Of a stretch of DNA of 64,000 nucleotides, positions 31,243 through 39,784 are shown in pieces (the stretch's first letter is position 1; the number at the start of each line of letters is the position of its first letter). The position numbers were made by a program, and so were the translations under genes. The stretch lies in the NCBI GenBank assembly GCA_026396065.1, contig JAPLXO010000008.1, forward strand, positions 1,056 through 65,055. The letters are read 5' to 3'. The notes below the pieces were generated by a model. It made no database searches. It saw nothing but the letters and a program-made list of their open reading frames with translations, and was not told where the DNA came from. Source of the stretch: Candidatus Nomurabacteria bacterium (GTDB lineage Bacteria > Patescibacteriota > Minisyncoccia > Phycocordibacterales > UBA9973).

Positions 31243-31285
31243 CCCTCTGGGAGTTATCTTATTCGAGTCCAAGTCTCCCAGCTTT
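31243..31285 (+). repeat. Degenerate copy of the tRNA-Gln 3' half
   Basis: ccctctgggagttatcttattcgagtccaagtctcccagcttt. Confidence 0.8.
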
Positions 31286-31312
31286 GGAAAGAAAAATAAT
31301 ATCAATTTTAAT

Positions 31313-32059
31313 ATGAATTTTGAAATACAAAAAAATAATTCTAATCAAGAAAAAGAAAAGGTTGTTTCTGTGCATCAGGAGCATATTGGTATTTTGAATT
31401 ATAAATTTGAAGTTGGTGAAAAAGAATTAGAAAAGTGGAATACGCAAGTAGAGGCAATACATACAGCCATCGAAGAAAAAGATTTTGAAAGTTTAAAAAA
31501 ACTTTTAGAAAATCAAAAACTTATTGAACGTACACAAAAAACGTTACAACGTAGTGAATTTCTTTCACTTGAAAAACAAAAACACATAAAAGATTTGTTG
31601 GCTATTAGTGTTTGGGTAATTGATAATCAAAATAAATGGCCTGGGAATTTTAAAACTCAGTTTCGTTTAGTAGTGGGCGGTTTAAAACATTTAGAAGATT
31701 TTACAAAAAAAGATGGACGGGTTGGTCCAAATTGCTTGGATATGTGTGCTATTACACAAGCACTTGCCAATAAACGTGGTATTTTGGGTCAAATTGAAAG
31801 AGTTGGCGTTAAAGGTACTGGTAGTCGTTTTGGACACAGATATTGGCGTAGCAAAGAAGGTTTCGTTGTAGATACTCTTTGGGGTATTGATATAGGTGGT
31901 GTTTACTTAACTGACGAAGAATATGAGAAACGTCGTATTCGTAGACAAAAGGAACGATTGGGTGGTTTATTTATCGGATCATTCAATCCAAGTAGTCCTG
32001 AAGATTGTACAGAAAATTATCTTGATAAAGATGAAACTTTTAGAAAGTCTGCTTCGTAA
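31313..32059 (+). CDS. Hypothetical protein, possible transglutaminase-like/papain-fold domain
   Basis: NCLDMC...GHRYW...VVD spacing suggests a Cys-His-Asp triad. Confidence 0.6.
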   Translation: MNFEIQKNNSNQEKEKVVSVHQEHIGILNYKFEVGEKELEKWNTQVEAIHTAIEEKDFESLKKLLENQKLIERTQKTLQRSEFLSLEKQKHIKDLLAISVWVIDNQNKWPGNFKTQFRLVVGGLKHLEDFTKKDGRVGPNCLDMCAITQALANKRGILGQIERVGVKGTGSRFGHRYWRSKEGFVVDTLWGIDIGGVYLTDEEYEKRRIRRQKERLGGLFIGSFNPSSPEDCTENYLDKDETFRKSAS

Positions 32060-32077
32060 TCTTAGTATTTTTGGTTT

Positions 32078-32611
32078 ATGAAAAAAATTTGGATTTTTAT
32101 TTTAATAACATTATTTATTCAAGAACCAGCTTCTACGGATGCGGCAATTTTTCAAATTCGTACTTTGCATATTAATATTTTTTTAATTAATTTTATTTGG
32201 ATTATTGCGACTGTTTTCGACATTTGGTTTGGGTATAAAGTAGGAAAGTTTGTTCAAAAGAAATTTAAAGATACAAGGTTTGAATTGTGGTCTTTCAGGT
32301 GGGCTGGAAGAATTGAAAATTTTATTGGTCAAAAAGGAAAAAAATTTGTTTTAATATTACTCGGTATTATAAACTTTCCGTACGCAAATTCTTTTCTTGC
32401 TTCTTGGCTGACACTTTCTTTTAAAGATATTTTCACTTATCTTTTTATCGGTGATGTCTTGTATTGGGCTATTGAGTGGGGGATTAATATAGGAGTTCGT
32501 AGTTTTGTAATTGATCCACATTTAGCCTTGTATATAGTAATAGGTGCCGGTTTGCTCCTTTTAGTAATTTCAAAAATTATTTTGAGTAAAGTTTTAAAAA
32601 ATAAGAACTAA
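32078..32611 (+). CDS. Hypothetical membrane protein (DedA-like)
   Basis: Multiple TMs, DIWFGYKVGK pattern. Confidence 0.6.
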   Translation: MKKIWIFILITLFIQEPASTDAAIFQIRTLHINIFLINFIWIIATVFDIWFGYKVGKFVQKKFKDTRFELWSFRWAGRIENFIGQKGKKFVLILLGIINFPYANSFLASWLTLSFKDIFTYLFIGDVLYWAIEWGINIGVRSFVIDPHLALYIVIGAGLLLLVISKIILSKVLKNKN

Positions 32612-32638
32612 AAGAAATATTTTTTGTATTTTTAATTT

Positions 32639-34237
32639 TTACTCGAAATTACAGTTATTTTCTATTGGTAATGAAAGGGTAGTAAATACATTTTTACATA
32701 TTCCATTAATACTACTATTTTTCTTGAATACGTGGTCTTCATCAGCGTATGGATAAAATTCCACATTTTTATTTTGGTTTTTTAATTCTGAATATAATAA
32801 GTCAGCTTGAGCTGGAGGGACTGTCTTGTCGGCTTGTGCTTGTATAAGAACTATTTTTTGATTATCAAGATTTGGAATTCTAGAAATTATAGATGCTTTA
32901 TTGTATATTTTTTTATTTTTTTTACTTGGTTTGCCGTTAAAATCTACGTTAAAAATAGAATTATTTAAATTACTTAGCATACTTGCCCAATCTGTGACTC
33001 CGTTGATTGATATTGCCCCTGTGAATTGTTTTGGATAGGCCACAATACTTCGTAATGCCAAGTAACCACCATAGCTATTTCCCATTAAATATGTGTCTCC
33101 GATTTTGAAATCTTTTTTTATTGAAGTGAGAGCTGTCTCTACGTCTGCTACGTCACCTTTGCCCACATTTTCCTTAATTGCTTCTGCAAATTTTTTCCCA
33201 TAACCATAGCTACCTCGATAGTCGAGTTTTAGAACCATAACATTATTTTTTGCTAATTCATCCAATATTAAGTCGTAAACCGCATAGCTAGCATAAGGGT
33301 GGTATGCAAGAGCTGTTTGTCGATATGGGCCACCATGAAGCCATATTAAAAGTGTATGTTGTGTATCGTTATTAAAATTTTCTGGAGTCAATAGTGCCCC
33401 ATGCATATTTCCACCAAATGATATTTCCTTTCTATTAATTGTTGATACTGTTTCGTTTATATTTATACCAGTAAAGTTTTTTATCGTATTTGTTTGTTCA
33501 TCATAAAATACAGGATAGGATGAACTTCCTTTTACTACAAAAAATACAAAACCATTATCAAATTTTCTTATTCTGAAAGCATATGAAGCATTTGTAGCAA
33601 TTAGAGATATTTCTTTTGTTGTAAAATTATATTTATAAAGATTCCACTCATAAGCATTTTTTTTATTTGAAACAAAATATAAATCATTTTGTGAAGTTAA
33701 TATAAAACTACTCGTTGTAAAAGATTCAGTAAAAATCTTTTTACCCTTAAAAGTGTTTCCTTTTAGAGTAGATAAATCCAATTGATAAAGTGTAGGGTAG
33801 CCACTTTCATCATCTAGATAAACTAGTTTTTTTCCATCAGGTGAAAAAGATGATAGCATTCCTTCTTCACCAATTAAGTCCCAAAAAGAAACTTTATAAC
33901 TTCTTTTATAAATTTTCCCTGTTTTATTATTTTTTAAGAAAAAATTTCTAGTATGTATATTTTTTTTCCAAGTAGAACTAGTAGAAAAAGTAAAAGGTTT
34001 AAGATCCGTCTGTATTGTTTCTGCTGTAGTTTGTTCTGGAGTATTTTTTCCTAGATCAATACAAGAAAGATTACTTATTATGCAATTATAATAAGTAGGA
34101 TTTTCAGTGTTTCCATATCTTAATAAAATAGTGTCCTTTGTCTGAGAAAGGATCCTTCCGTAATTAATACCAGAAGCAGATGAACATATTGGAGATAGTA
34201 ATAAAATCCCAAAAACTATAAAAAGATATTTTTTCAT
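32639..34237 (-). CDS. Secreted S9 family peptidase (prolyl oligopeptidase/acylaminoacyl peptidase-like)
   Basis: Signal peptide, HGGP, YRGSYGYG, GNSYGG nucleophile, DKTV, EDH. Confidence 0.9.
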   Translation of the reverse strand: MKKYLFIVFGILLLSPICSSASGINYGRILSQTKDTILLRYGNTENPTYYNCIISNLSCIDLGKNTPEQTTAETIQTDLKPFTFSTSSTWKKNIHTRNFFLKNNKTGKIYKRSYKVSFWDLIGEEGMLSSFSPDGKKLVYLDDESGYPTLYQLDLSTLKGNTFKGKKIFTESFTTSSFILTSQNDLYFVSNKKNAYEWNLYKYNFTTKEISLIATNASYAFRIRKFDNGFVFFVVKGSSSYPVFYDEQTNTIKNFTGININETVSTINRKEISFGGNMHGALLTPENFNNDTQHTLLIWLHGGPYRQTALAYHPYASYAVYDLILDELAKNNVMVLKLDYRGSYGYGKKFAEAIKENVGKGDVADVETALTSIKKDFKIGDTYLMGNSYGGYLALRSIVAYPKQFTGAISINGVTDWASMLSNLNNSIFNVDFNGKPSKKNKKIYNKASIISRIPNLDNQKIVLIQAQADKTVPPAQADLLYSELKNQNKNVEFYPYADEDHVFKKNSSINGICKNVFTTLSLPIENNCNFE

Positions 34238-34240
34238 TTC

Positions 34241-35167
34241 TTAATCAAAAATATTAGCTAAATAAGTGTCTATTATTCTTTGATCCAAATTATAAAAATA
34301 AGTATTATCGTCATGGATCTTTGTAGCAAGTGCTATTCCTACAAAACGCCAATGCCATGGTTCAAATTTGTAATAAATATTACTTTTTGGATATGAAATA
34401 ATAAAACCATATTTATATGCATTTTCGAGAAGCCAACTATACTCTGGTGTTTTGTCAAAACCTTCCAATTTTCCTCCAATTTTTTGAGTTGTAAAATCTA
34501 CAGTTGTTCCTAGCTGATGTTCAGAATATCCTTGTTCAGCAGAAAATGAATTTGCTGTTCCAGCTCCATATCTAATACGATATTCAGATTTTAATATTGC
34601 TTGAGTCTCAAAACTACGATAAGCAGATGCAATTTGCAGAGTCATACCATTACCGTTTGCATTATCTAGTATATTCTTTAGGTCTTGATAAACATTACTA
34701 TGTATTTGCAGTGTCCTTGTTTTATTATTTAAATATTTTGTTTCAATATCTATTAAAGATAATGGAATATAGTGTTCATTCAAAAAATAATTTTTTGAAT
34801 ATTTTTTTAGTAATTCTGAATCTGTTTTACTGAGTCTCTCTAAATCGCTAACATTGTTTGAAATTTCTCCAAGATTGTTATTAATTTGATCTATTATGGT
34901 ACTAATAGAACCAGTTTTTGTTTTTTCTGAATCTATTGTTTGAAAAATTAAATCATTTTGTTCTTTTAATTTTAGTATATTTCTTTCAAGATCATTTATT
35001 CTTTTCTCAGAATTTATTTTTGTTGTTTCAAAATTATTTACAGCATATAAAAATTTTTTTATATTTTTTATATATCCATAAGAAATATAAGTAAAAAGAC
35101 AAAAAACCACAAAAAGTAGTGGAAAAAATATTTTTTTAGATATTTCATTCTTTAAAAAATTCTGCAT
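34241..35167 (-). CDS. M15B D-Ala-D-Ala carboxypeptidase (VanY-like) with TM and coiled coil
   Basis: SAYRS, GYSEHQLGTTVD, FEPWHWRFVG. Confidence 0.9.
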   Translation of the reverse strand: MQNFLKNEISKKIFFPLLFVVFCLFTYISYGYIKNIKKFLYAVNNFETTKINSEKRINDLERNILKLKEQNDLIFQTIDSEKTKTGSISTIIDQINNNLGEISNNVSDLERLSKTDSELLKKYSKNYFLNEHYIPLSLIDIETKYLNNKTRTLQIHSNVYQDLKNILDNANGNGMTLQIASAYRSFETQAILKSEYRIRYGAGTANSFSAEQGYSEHQLGTTVDFTTQKIGGKLEGFDKTPEYSWLLENAYKYGFIISYPKSNIYYKFEPWHWRFVGIALATKIHDDNTYFYNLDQRIIDTYLANIFD

Positions 35168-35202
35168 ACTTGTATTCTAGCATATTATAGTATAATAATA
35201 GT

Positions 35203-35598
35203 ATGGAAAAAATGTCAGAAAAAAAGAGGTTTTCTATTGTTGCTAGGGTTAAAAGTGTAAACCATGCATTTAGAGGCTTTATTATATTATTAAAAACTGG
35301 GCATAATTTTTGGACGCATATCTTTTTTGGTTTTTTTGCTATATATTTAGGTTTTATTTTAAAAATTTCAAGTATTGAATGGGCTATTATTGTTTTTACT
35401 GTAGGATTAGTTCTTATTGTTGAGTCAATTAATACTGCTATTGAAATAGATATAGATCTAACTAGCCCAAATTATCATCCATACGCTAGAGACACAAAAG
35501 ATGTTTCAGCTGCAGCGGTAGCCCTTTCTGTTTTAGTGGCTGGTATTATTGGACTTATTATTTTTTTACCAAAAATTTTAGTTCTTTTGATTAAATAA
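35203..35598 (+). CDS. dgkA: Diacylglycerol/undecaprenol kinase family protein
   Basis: ESINTAIE...D...KDVSAAAV. Confidence 0.88.
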   Translation: MEKMSEKKRFSIVARVKSVNHAFRGFIILLKTGHNFWTHIFFGFFAIYLGFILKISSIEWAIIVFTVGLVLIVESINTAIEIDIDLTSPNYHPYARDTKDVSAAAVALSVLVAGIIGLIIFLPKILVLLIK

Positions 35599-35624
35599 TC
35601 AAGATTTAGTATAATGAAAAGATT

Positions 35625-36026
35625 ATGACAAATATAAAAATTTTCTTTTCAGTAATAGGGTTATTAATCTTAGGTACAGTTTTTGCAGTAGTTATTAAAT
35701 CAAAACCCGAAGTCAGTGCATTTCCAGGAAAATATGATACTTTCGCACAGTGTTTAAAAGAAAAAGGTGTTACATTTTATGGAGCATTTTGGTGTCCTCA
35801 TTGTAAAAAACAAAAAGAACTCTTTGGAACTTCTGTAAAATTTTTGAAATATGTAGAATGTTCTTTGCCTGATGCTTCTGGTCAAACACAAGAATGTAAA
35901 GATAAAAAAATAGAAGGGTATCCTACTTGGGAGCTTGCTGATGGAACACGTTTACCAGTAGAAAATGCTAGTGGAGTTTCTCTTGAGACATTATCAGCAA
36001 AGACTAGCTGTGCATTGCCGCAATAA
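35625..36026 (+). CDS. Membrane-anchored thioredoxin-fold protein
   Basis: YGAFWCPHC...YVEC...C...IEGYPTW. Confidence 0.85.
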   Translation: MTNIKIFFSVIGLLILGTVFAVVIKSKPEVSAFPGKYDTFAQCLKEKGVTFYGAFWCPHCKKQKELFGTSVKFLKYVECSLPDASGQTQECKDKKIEGYPTWELADGTRLPVENASGVSLETLSAKTSCALPQ

Positions 36027-36027
36027 T

Positions 36028-36579
36028 ATGAATTCAATCACTGTGCATTATCTAAATATGTTTCTAGGGATAGGGGCTATTTTACTTCAGTTGTTTTCTT
36101 TTGTTGCTCTCGCTACACTTTTTTTTGGAGATAAAAAAGCAAAGTTTTTAGAATATATTGATAAACATTTTTTAGTTATAGGACTATTAATATCTCTTTT
36201 TGCTTTGTTTTTTTCTTTAGTATATTCAGAAGTTATTAATTTTGCACCATGTTATCTTTGTTGGTGGCAAAGAGTTTTTGTTTACCCATTGGTTTTTATG
36301 TTTGCTGTTGCCCTTTGGCATAAAGATAAAAAAGTCTTGCGTTATTCTTTACCACTAGTCGCTATTGGTTTTTGTATTTCTGCTTATCACAATTTAAGAT
36401 ATTATTTTGGTGAAAATACAAATGCACCTTGTGATTCTTCTGGAGTTTCTTGTTATCAACAACTCGTCAGTGAATTTCACAATTATATTTCAATTCCAAT
36501 GTTAGCCCTTACAGGATTATTTGCTTTACTTACACTTTGTCTAGTTGTGCACTTTCGATCAAAACATATTGAAAAATAA
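36028..36579 (+). CDS. dsbB: Disulfide bond formation protein DsbB/BdbC
   Basis: PCYLCWWQR, second Cys pair PCDSSGVSC, ISIP. Confidence 0.88.
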   Translation: MNSITVHYLNMFLGIGAILLQLFSFVALATLFFGDKKAKFLEYIDKHFLVIGLLISLFALFFSLVYSEVINFAPCYLCWWQRVFVYPLVFMFAVALWHKDKKVLRYSLPLVAIGFCISAYHNLRYYFGENTNAPCDSSGVSCYQQLVSEFHNYISIPMLALTGLFALLTLCLVVHFRSKHIEK

Positions 36580-36686
36580 ATTTGCTCTATTTTTTCTAAA
36601 TATGATATAATTAATTTATTATTAGTTTAATGTAGTTAGATATTTTTATACTTTCTTTCGACACTGTATAAAAATATCCAAAATCT

Positions 36687-36752
36687 ATGTCAAAAGGAGA
36701 TACACATCAACACCGAGAAAAAAAGAAGCCAAAGAAAGTAAAGGCAAAATAA
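36687..36752 (+). CDS. 21-aa basic micro-protein MSKGDTHQHREKKKPKKVKAK
   Basis: ATG..TAA ORF in an otherwise empty intergenic region, followed 2 nt later by a terminator. Confidence 0.5.
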   Translation: MSKGDTHQHREKKKPKKVKAK

Positions 36753-36754
36753 TT

Positions 36755-36791
36755 TATCAAAAAACACCCCAATATGGGGTGTTTTTTGATA
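36755..36791. terminator. Intrinsic terminator
   Basis: tatcaaaaaacacccc/ggggtgttttttgata 16-bp stem. Confidence 0.7.
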
Positions 36792-36853
36792 TTGCTTAAA
36801 GGGGTGAAAGGTATATAATAAGGGTATATCAGTTAAATTAATTTTAGAAAATT

Positions 36854-37219
36854 ATGCAATATATATTTATTTTAGGTAGAATTTTAATGGGAGGGTTTTT
36901 TTTGAATAGTGGTTTTAATCATCTTAAAAATTTAAAAGACACAGCTGGATACGCAGCATCAAAGGGTATTCCTATGCCAAAGTTGGCTGTTTTTATAACT
37001 GGATTGATGCTTATATTAGGAGGCCTTGGTATTATTTTTCTATTTCACATGGCATTAGCTCTTATGCTCATAATTTTGTTTTTAATTCCTACTACTATAA
37101 TGATGCATCAATACTGGAGAGCTACTGATCCAATGCAAAAAATGGGTGAGATGATTAATTTTTATAAAAATCTGGGTTTATTGGGTGCAGCTTTAATGCT
37201 TTTTGCATTATTTTCTTAA
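36854..37219 (+). CDS. DoxX family membrane protein
   Basis: GRILMGGFF, HQYW, FYKNLGLLG. Confidence 0.88.
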   Translation: MQYIFILGRILMGGFFLNSGFNHLKNLKDTAGYAASKGIPMPKLAVFITGLMLILGGLGIIFLFHMALALMLIILFLIPTTIMMHQYWRATDPMQKMGEMINFYKNLGLLGAALMLFALFS

Positions 37220-37238
37220 TTTCTAAAAAAATTTATTC

Positions 37239-37649
37239 ATGGCATCTTTTTTCTTGATATTTATACGTTTTGGTAGAGCTATAAAATCTGCTTGGAAAGA
37301 ATCAGAATTTAAAGGTCTTGTATTTATTGTAGTTGTTATTTTATTCGCTGGAACTATTGTATATCACTCTGTTGAGGGTTGGAATTATTTAGATTCTTTA
37401 TTTTTTAGTGTAACTACTTTGACTACTGTAGGCTATGGTGGAGAAGATTTAATTCCCCATAGTCCAATTAGTAAAATATTCACAATGGTTTATATTTTTG
37501 TTGGACTTGGAGTTATGTTTGCTTTTATAAATACTGTAGCTAAACATGCACAAAAGGAGCCATCTGTGATGAGTGGTCTCGCTAAAGATGGAAAAGAAAT
37601 ATTACGTAAAGTAAATATTTTAAATAGTGATGAAGAAACAAAAAACTAA
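37239..37649 (+). CDS. Two-TM potassium channel family protein
   Basis: Selectivity filter TLTTVGYG between two TMs. Confidence 0.9.
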   Translation: MASFFLIFIRFGRAIKSAWKESEFKGLVFIVVVILFAGTIVYHSVEGWNYLDSLFFSVTTLTTVGYGGEDLIPHSPISKIFTMVYIFVGLGVMFAFINTVAKHAQKEPSVMSGLAKDGKEILRKVNILNSDEETKN

Positions 37650-38061
37650 AATAATGGTTTTTGGAACTTTCGATGGTTTACATCTCGGTCATTTAAATTT
37701 TTTTAAACAAGCTAGAAATTTAGCAATTAAAAATTGTTTACCATTTTTAATTATATCTATCGCTAGAGATAAAAATGTAAAAAAAATAAAAAATAAAAAG
37801 ACAATTTTTTCTGAAAAAGAAAGAATGTTCTTGGTTAAAAAAAGTAAACTCGCAGATAAAGTAGTTCTCTCTGGAATTAAAAATTATATTCCACATATTG
37901 TAAAAGAAAAACCAGAAATTATTGCCCTTGGCTATGATCAAAAAGCCTATGTGAAGAATCTTAGAGCTGAGCTGTTTAAAAAGGGGATTAACGTTAAAAT
38001 TGCTCGTTTAAAGCCATATAAAGAGCATATATACAAAAACTCTTTACTCAACAAGAGCTAA
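37630..38061 (+). CDS. Cytidylyltransferase family protein (RibL/TagD-like)
   Basis: FGTFDGLHLGH (HxGH), IARD, LGYDQ. Confidence 0.85.
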   Translation: MKKQKTKIMVFGTFDGLHLGHLNFFKQARNLAIKNCLPFLIISIARDKNVKKIKNKKTIFSEKERMFLVKKSKLADKVVLSGIKNYIPHIVKEKPEIIALGYDQKAYVKNLRAELFKKGINVKIARLKPYKEHIYKNSLLNKS

Positions 38062-38170
38062 AAATATACTTGCTTTTTAAGTGTTCATGTGTTATCCTGT
38101 AATTTAATCGGACGACAGTTTTTAGTTTTTCGAAAAAAAAATAAGTAAACCTTAAAAACATTAGAAAATC

Positions 38171-38581
38171 ATGTTTGTAACGAAAGAACAGTGCCCAGGA
38201 ACAATTTTTGTTTCTATGAGCGGAAAAGAACTTTCTGCTTTAGAAAAATCACAAACCTTATCATCAGTTATGGATGTCATTAAAAACGACAAAAAGACTG
38301 ATCGAATTAATTTCCAGGTATCATTATTGCCTGATTCTCCCTCTATCATAAAAAAGAAAAAGGAGAGTAAAAACAAAATTTTATTTTTTGGATGTCCAAT
38401 GATATTGGAATTCAATAAGATAAATAATGAGTATTGTTTAACGCTTAACGGTGATTGGGCTAAAGAGCACCTTTCACCTGAAGGGTTGGATGATATGGGT
38501 ATAAAAGAATTCCAATTTAACAAAAAGAAAATTTCCAGCATCATTTTCTCAGTAGGAGAGGAGTTGGAAACCCTTAATTAA
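38171..38581 (+). CDS. Hypothetical protein, stand-alone unit
   Basis: 136-aa ORF with A-rich leader and downstream hairpin. Confidence 0.6.
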   Translation: MFVTKEQCPGTIFVSMSGKELSALEKSQTLSSVMDVIKNDKKTDRINFQVSLLPDSPSIIKKKKESKNKILFFGCPMILEFNKINNEYCLTLNGDWAKEHLSPEGLDDMGIKEFQFNKKKISSIIFSVGEELETLN

Positions 38582-38625
38582 GGATTCATTTTTTAAAAAG
38601 GCTTCACAGCAATGTGGAGCTTTTT

Positions 38626-39777
38626 TTATTTTACTTCTTTTAGTCGAATAGAAATTAAAACCCCAGATAGTAATATTGCACCTAATACAAAGAAAAGATA
38701 TTTAAAAGATGGAATATATAAGAGTATTGGTATAGCAATTAATGGACCAATTATATAAGACAAAGAAGATGTATTTCTAAAGAAAACAATTACATCTGCT
38801 TTTTCTGCTGTCACTATTTTGAAAAAATAATTGTCTGACATTACTTCTATGGCTGCAGCTCCTACGCGCGTGCCAAATAAAATCATTGCCCAGATTTTCC
38901 AATCCATTGTTGTAACAAAAGGAATAATTAAAGTAAAAAAAGTAGTTATAAATAACCCAACAATAAGCATTTTCTTTTCACCAATTTTGTCAGATAGGCG
39001 GCCAAGTGGCATATCTAAAATTACGAATGGTATAAGCATTATTGTGAATATTAAACCAATTTTATCCCAACCAAAATGCAGGTATTGATGTAAATATATT
39101 GGTGTATAAATAACCATCCAAGCATAAAAGAATTTTAAAATAAAACTAATAATATATATTTTAGAAATATTTTTATCTTTTAAAAATAATTTTATTGTTT
39201 TTAACAACGATATTTTTTTATATAATGGATCTTCAAAATTTTTAAGAAATAATATAAATATTCCTGCCACAAGTCCCATAAATAAAGCAGAGAATAAATA
39301 GATTCCTTTATAAGAACTTTTAGCAATAATTGAACCAGAAATAGCTTGTGACAAAACCCATGCTAAATTTGCTATTACTAAATAAGTTCCACGAATTCTA
39401 CCTATCTCTCTTGCTTTTGAAAGTTCTTCAATAAAGATATCAAGTGAAACCATAATGAAACTCGCAGATACAAAATATAAAATAAAACAAATTACTATTA
39501 GTAATTGTTGTTTTAAAAATGCCATTCCAATTAATGAAAATAGAGTAACCAAGCTAAAAAGCATTGTAGCATTTCTATTTCCTATGTTTCTAAGAATTCT
39601 TGATATTTCAACAAGTCCAAATATCGTTATAATTGAGGCAATTATATAAACTAATCCAACATATTTTGTTTCCATATAAGACTCTAAAAAACTAGAGTTT
39701 ATATAAGAAGTCAATGCAAATGGAAGAGCAAATAAAAATCCTGCAAGATATATTATTCTTCTTTCTTTTTTTATCAC
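38626..39777 (-). CDS. MFS transporter
   Basis: About 12 TMs, GRLSDKIGEKK motif. Confidence 0.88.
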   Translation of the reverse strand: MIKKERRIIYLAGFLFALPFALTSYINSSFLESYMETKYVGLVYIIASIITIFGLVEISRILRNIGNRNATMLFSLVTLFSLIGMAFLKQQLLIVICFILYFVSASFIMVSLDIFIEELSKAREIGRIRGTYLVIANLAWVLSQAISGSIIAKSSYKGIYLFSALFMGLVAGIFILFLKNFEDPLYKKISLLKTIKLFLKDKNISKIYIISFILKFFYAWMVIYTPIYLHQYLHFGWDKIGLIFTIMLIPFVILDMPLGRLSDKIGEKKMLIVGLFITTFFTLIIPFVTTMDWKIWAMILFGTRVGAAAIEVMSDNYFFKIVTAEKADVIVFFRNTSSLSYIIGPLIAIPILLYIPSFKYLFFVLGAILLSGVLISIRLKEVK

Positions 39778-39784
39778 TAATGAA

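Noticed and set aside
31045-31305. 86-aa minus-strand ORF
   Set aside because: Antisense to tRNA-Gln and its partial copies.
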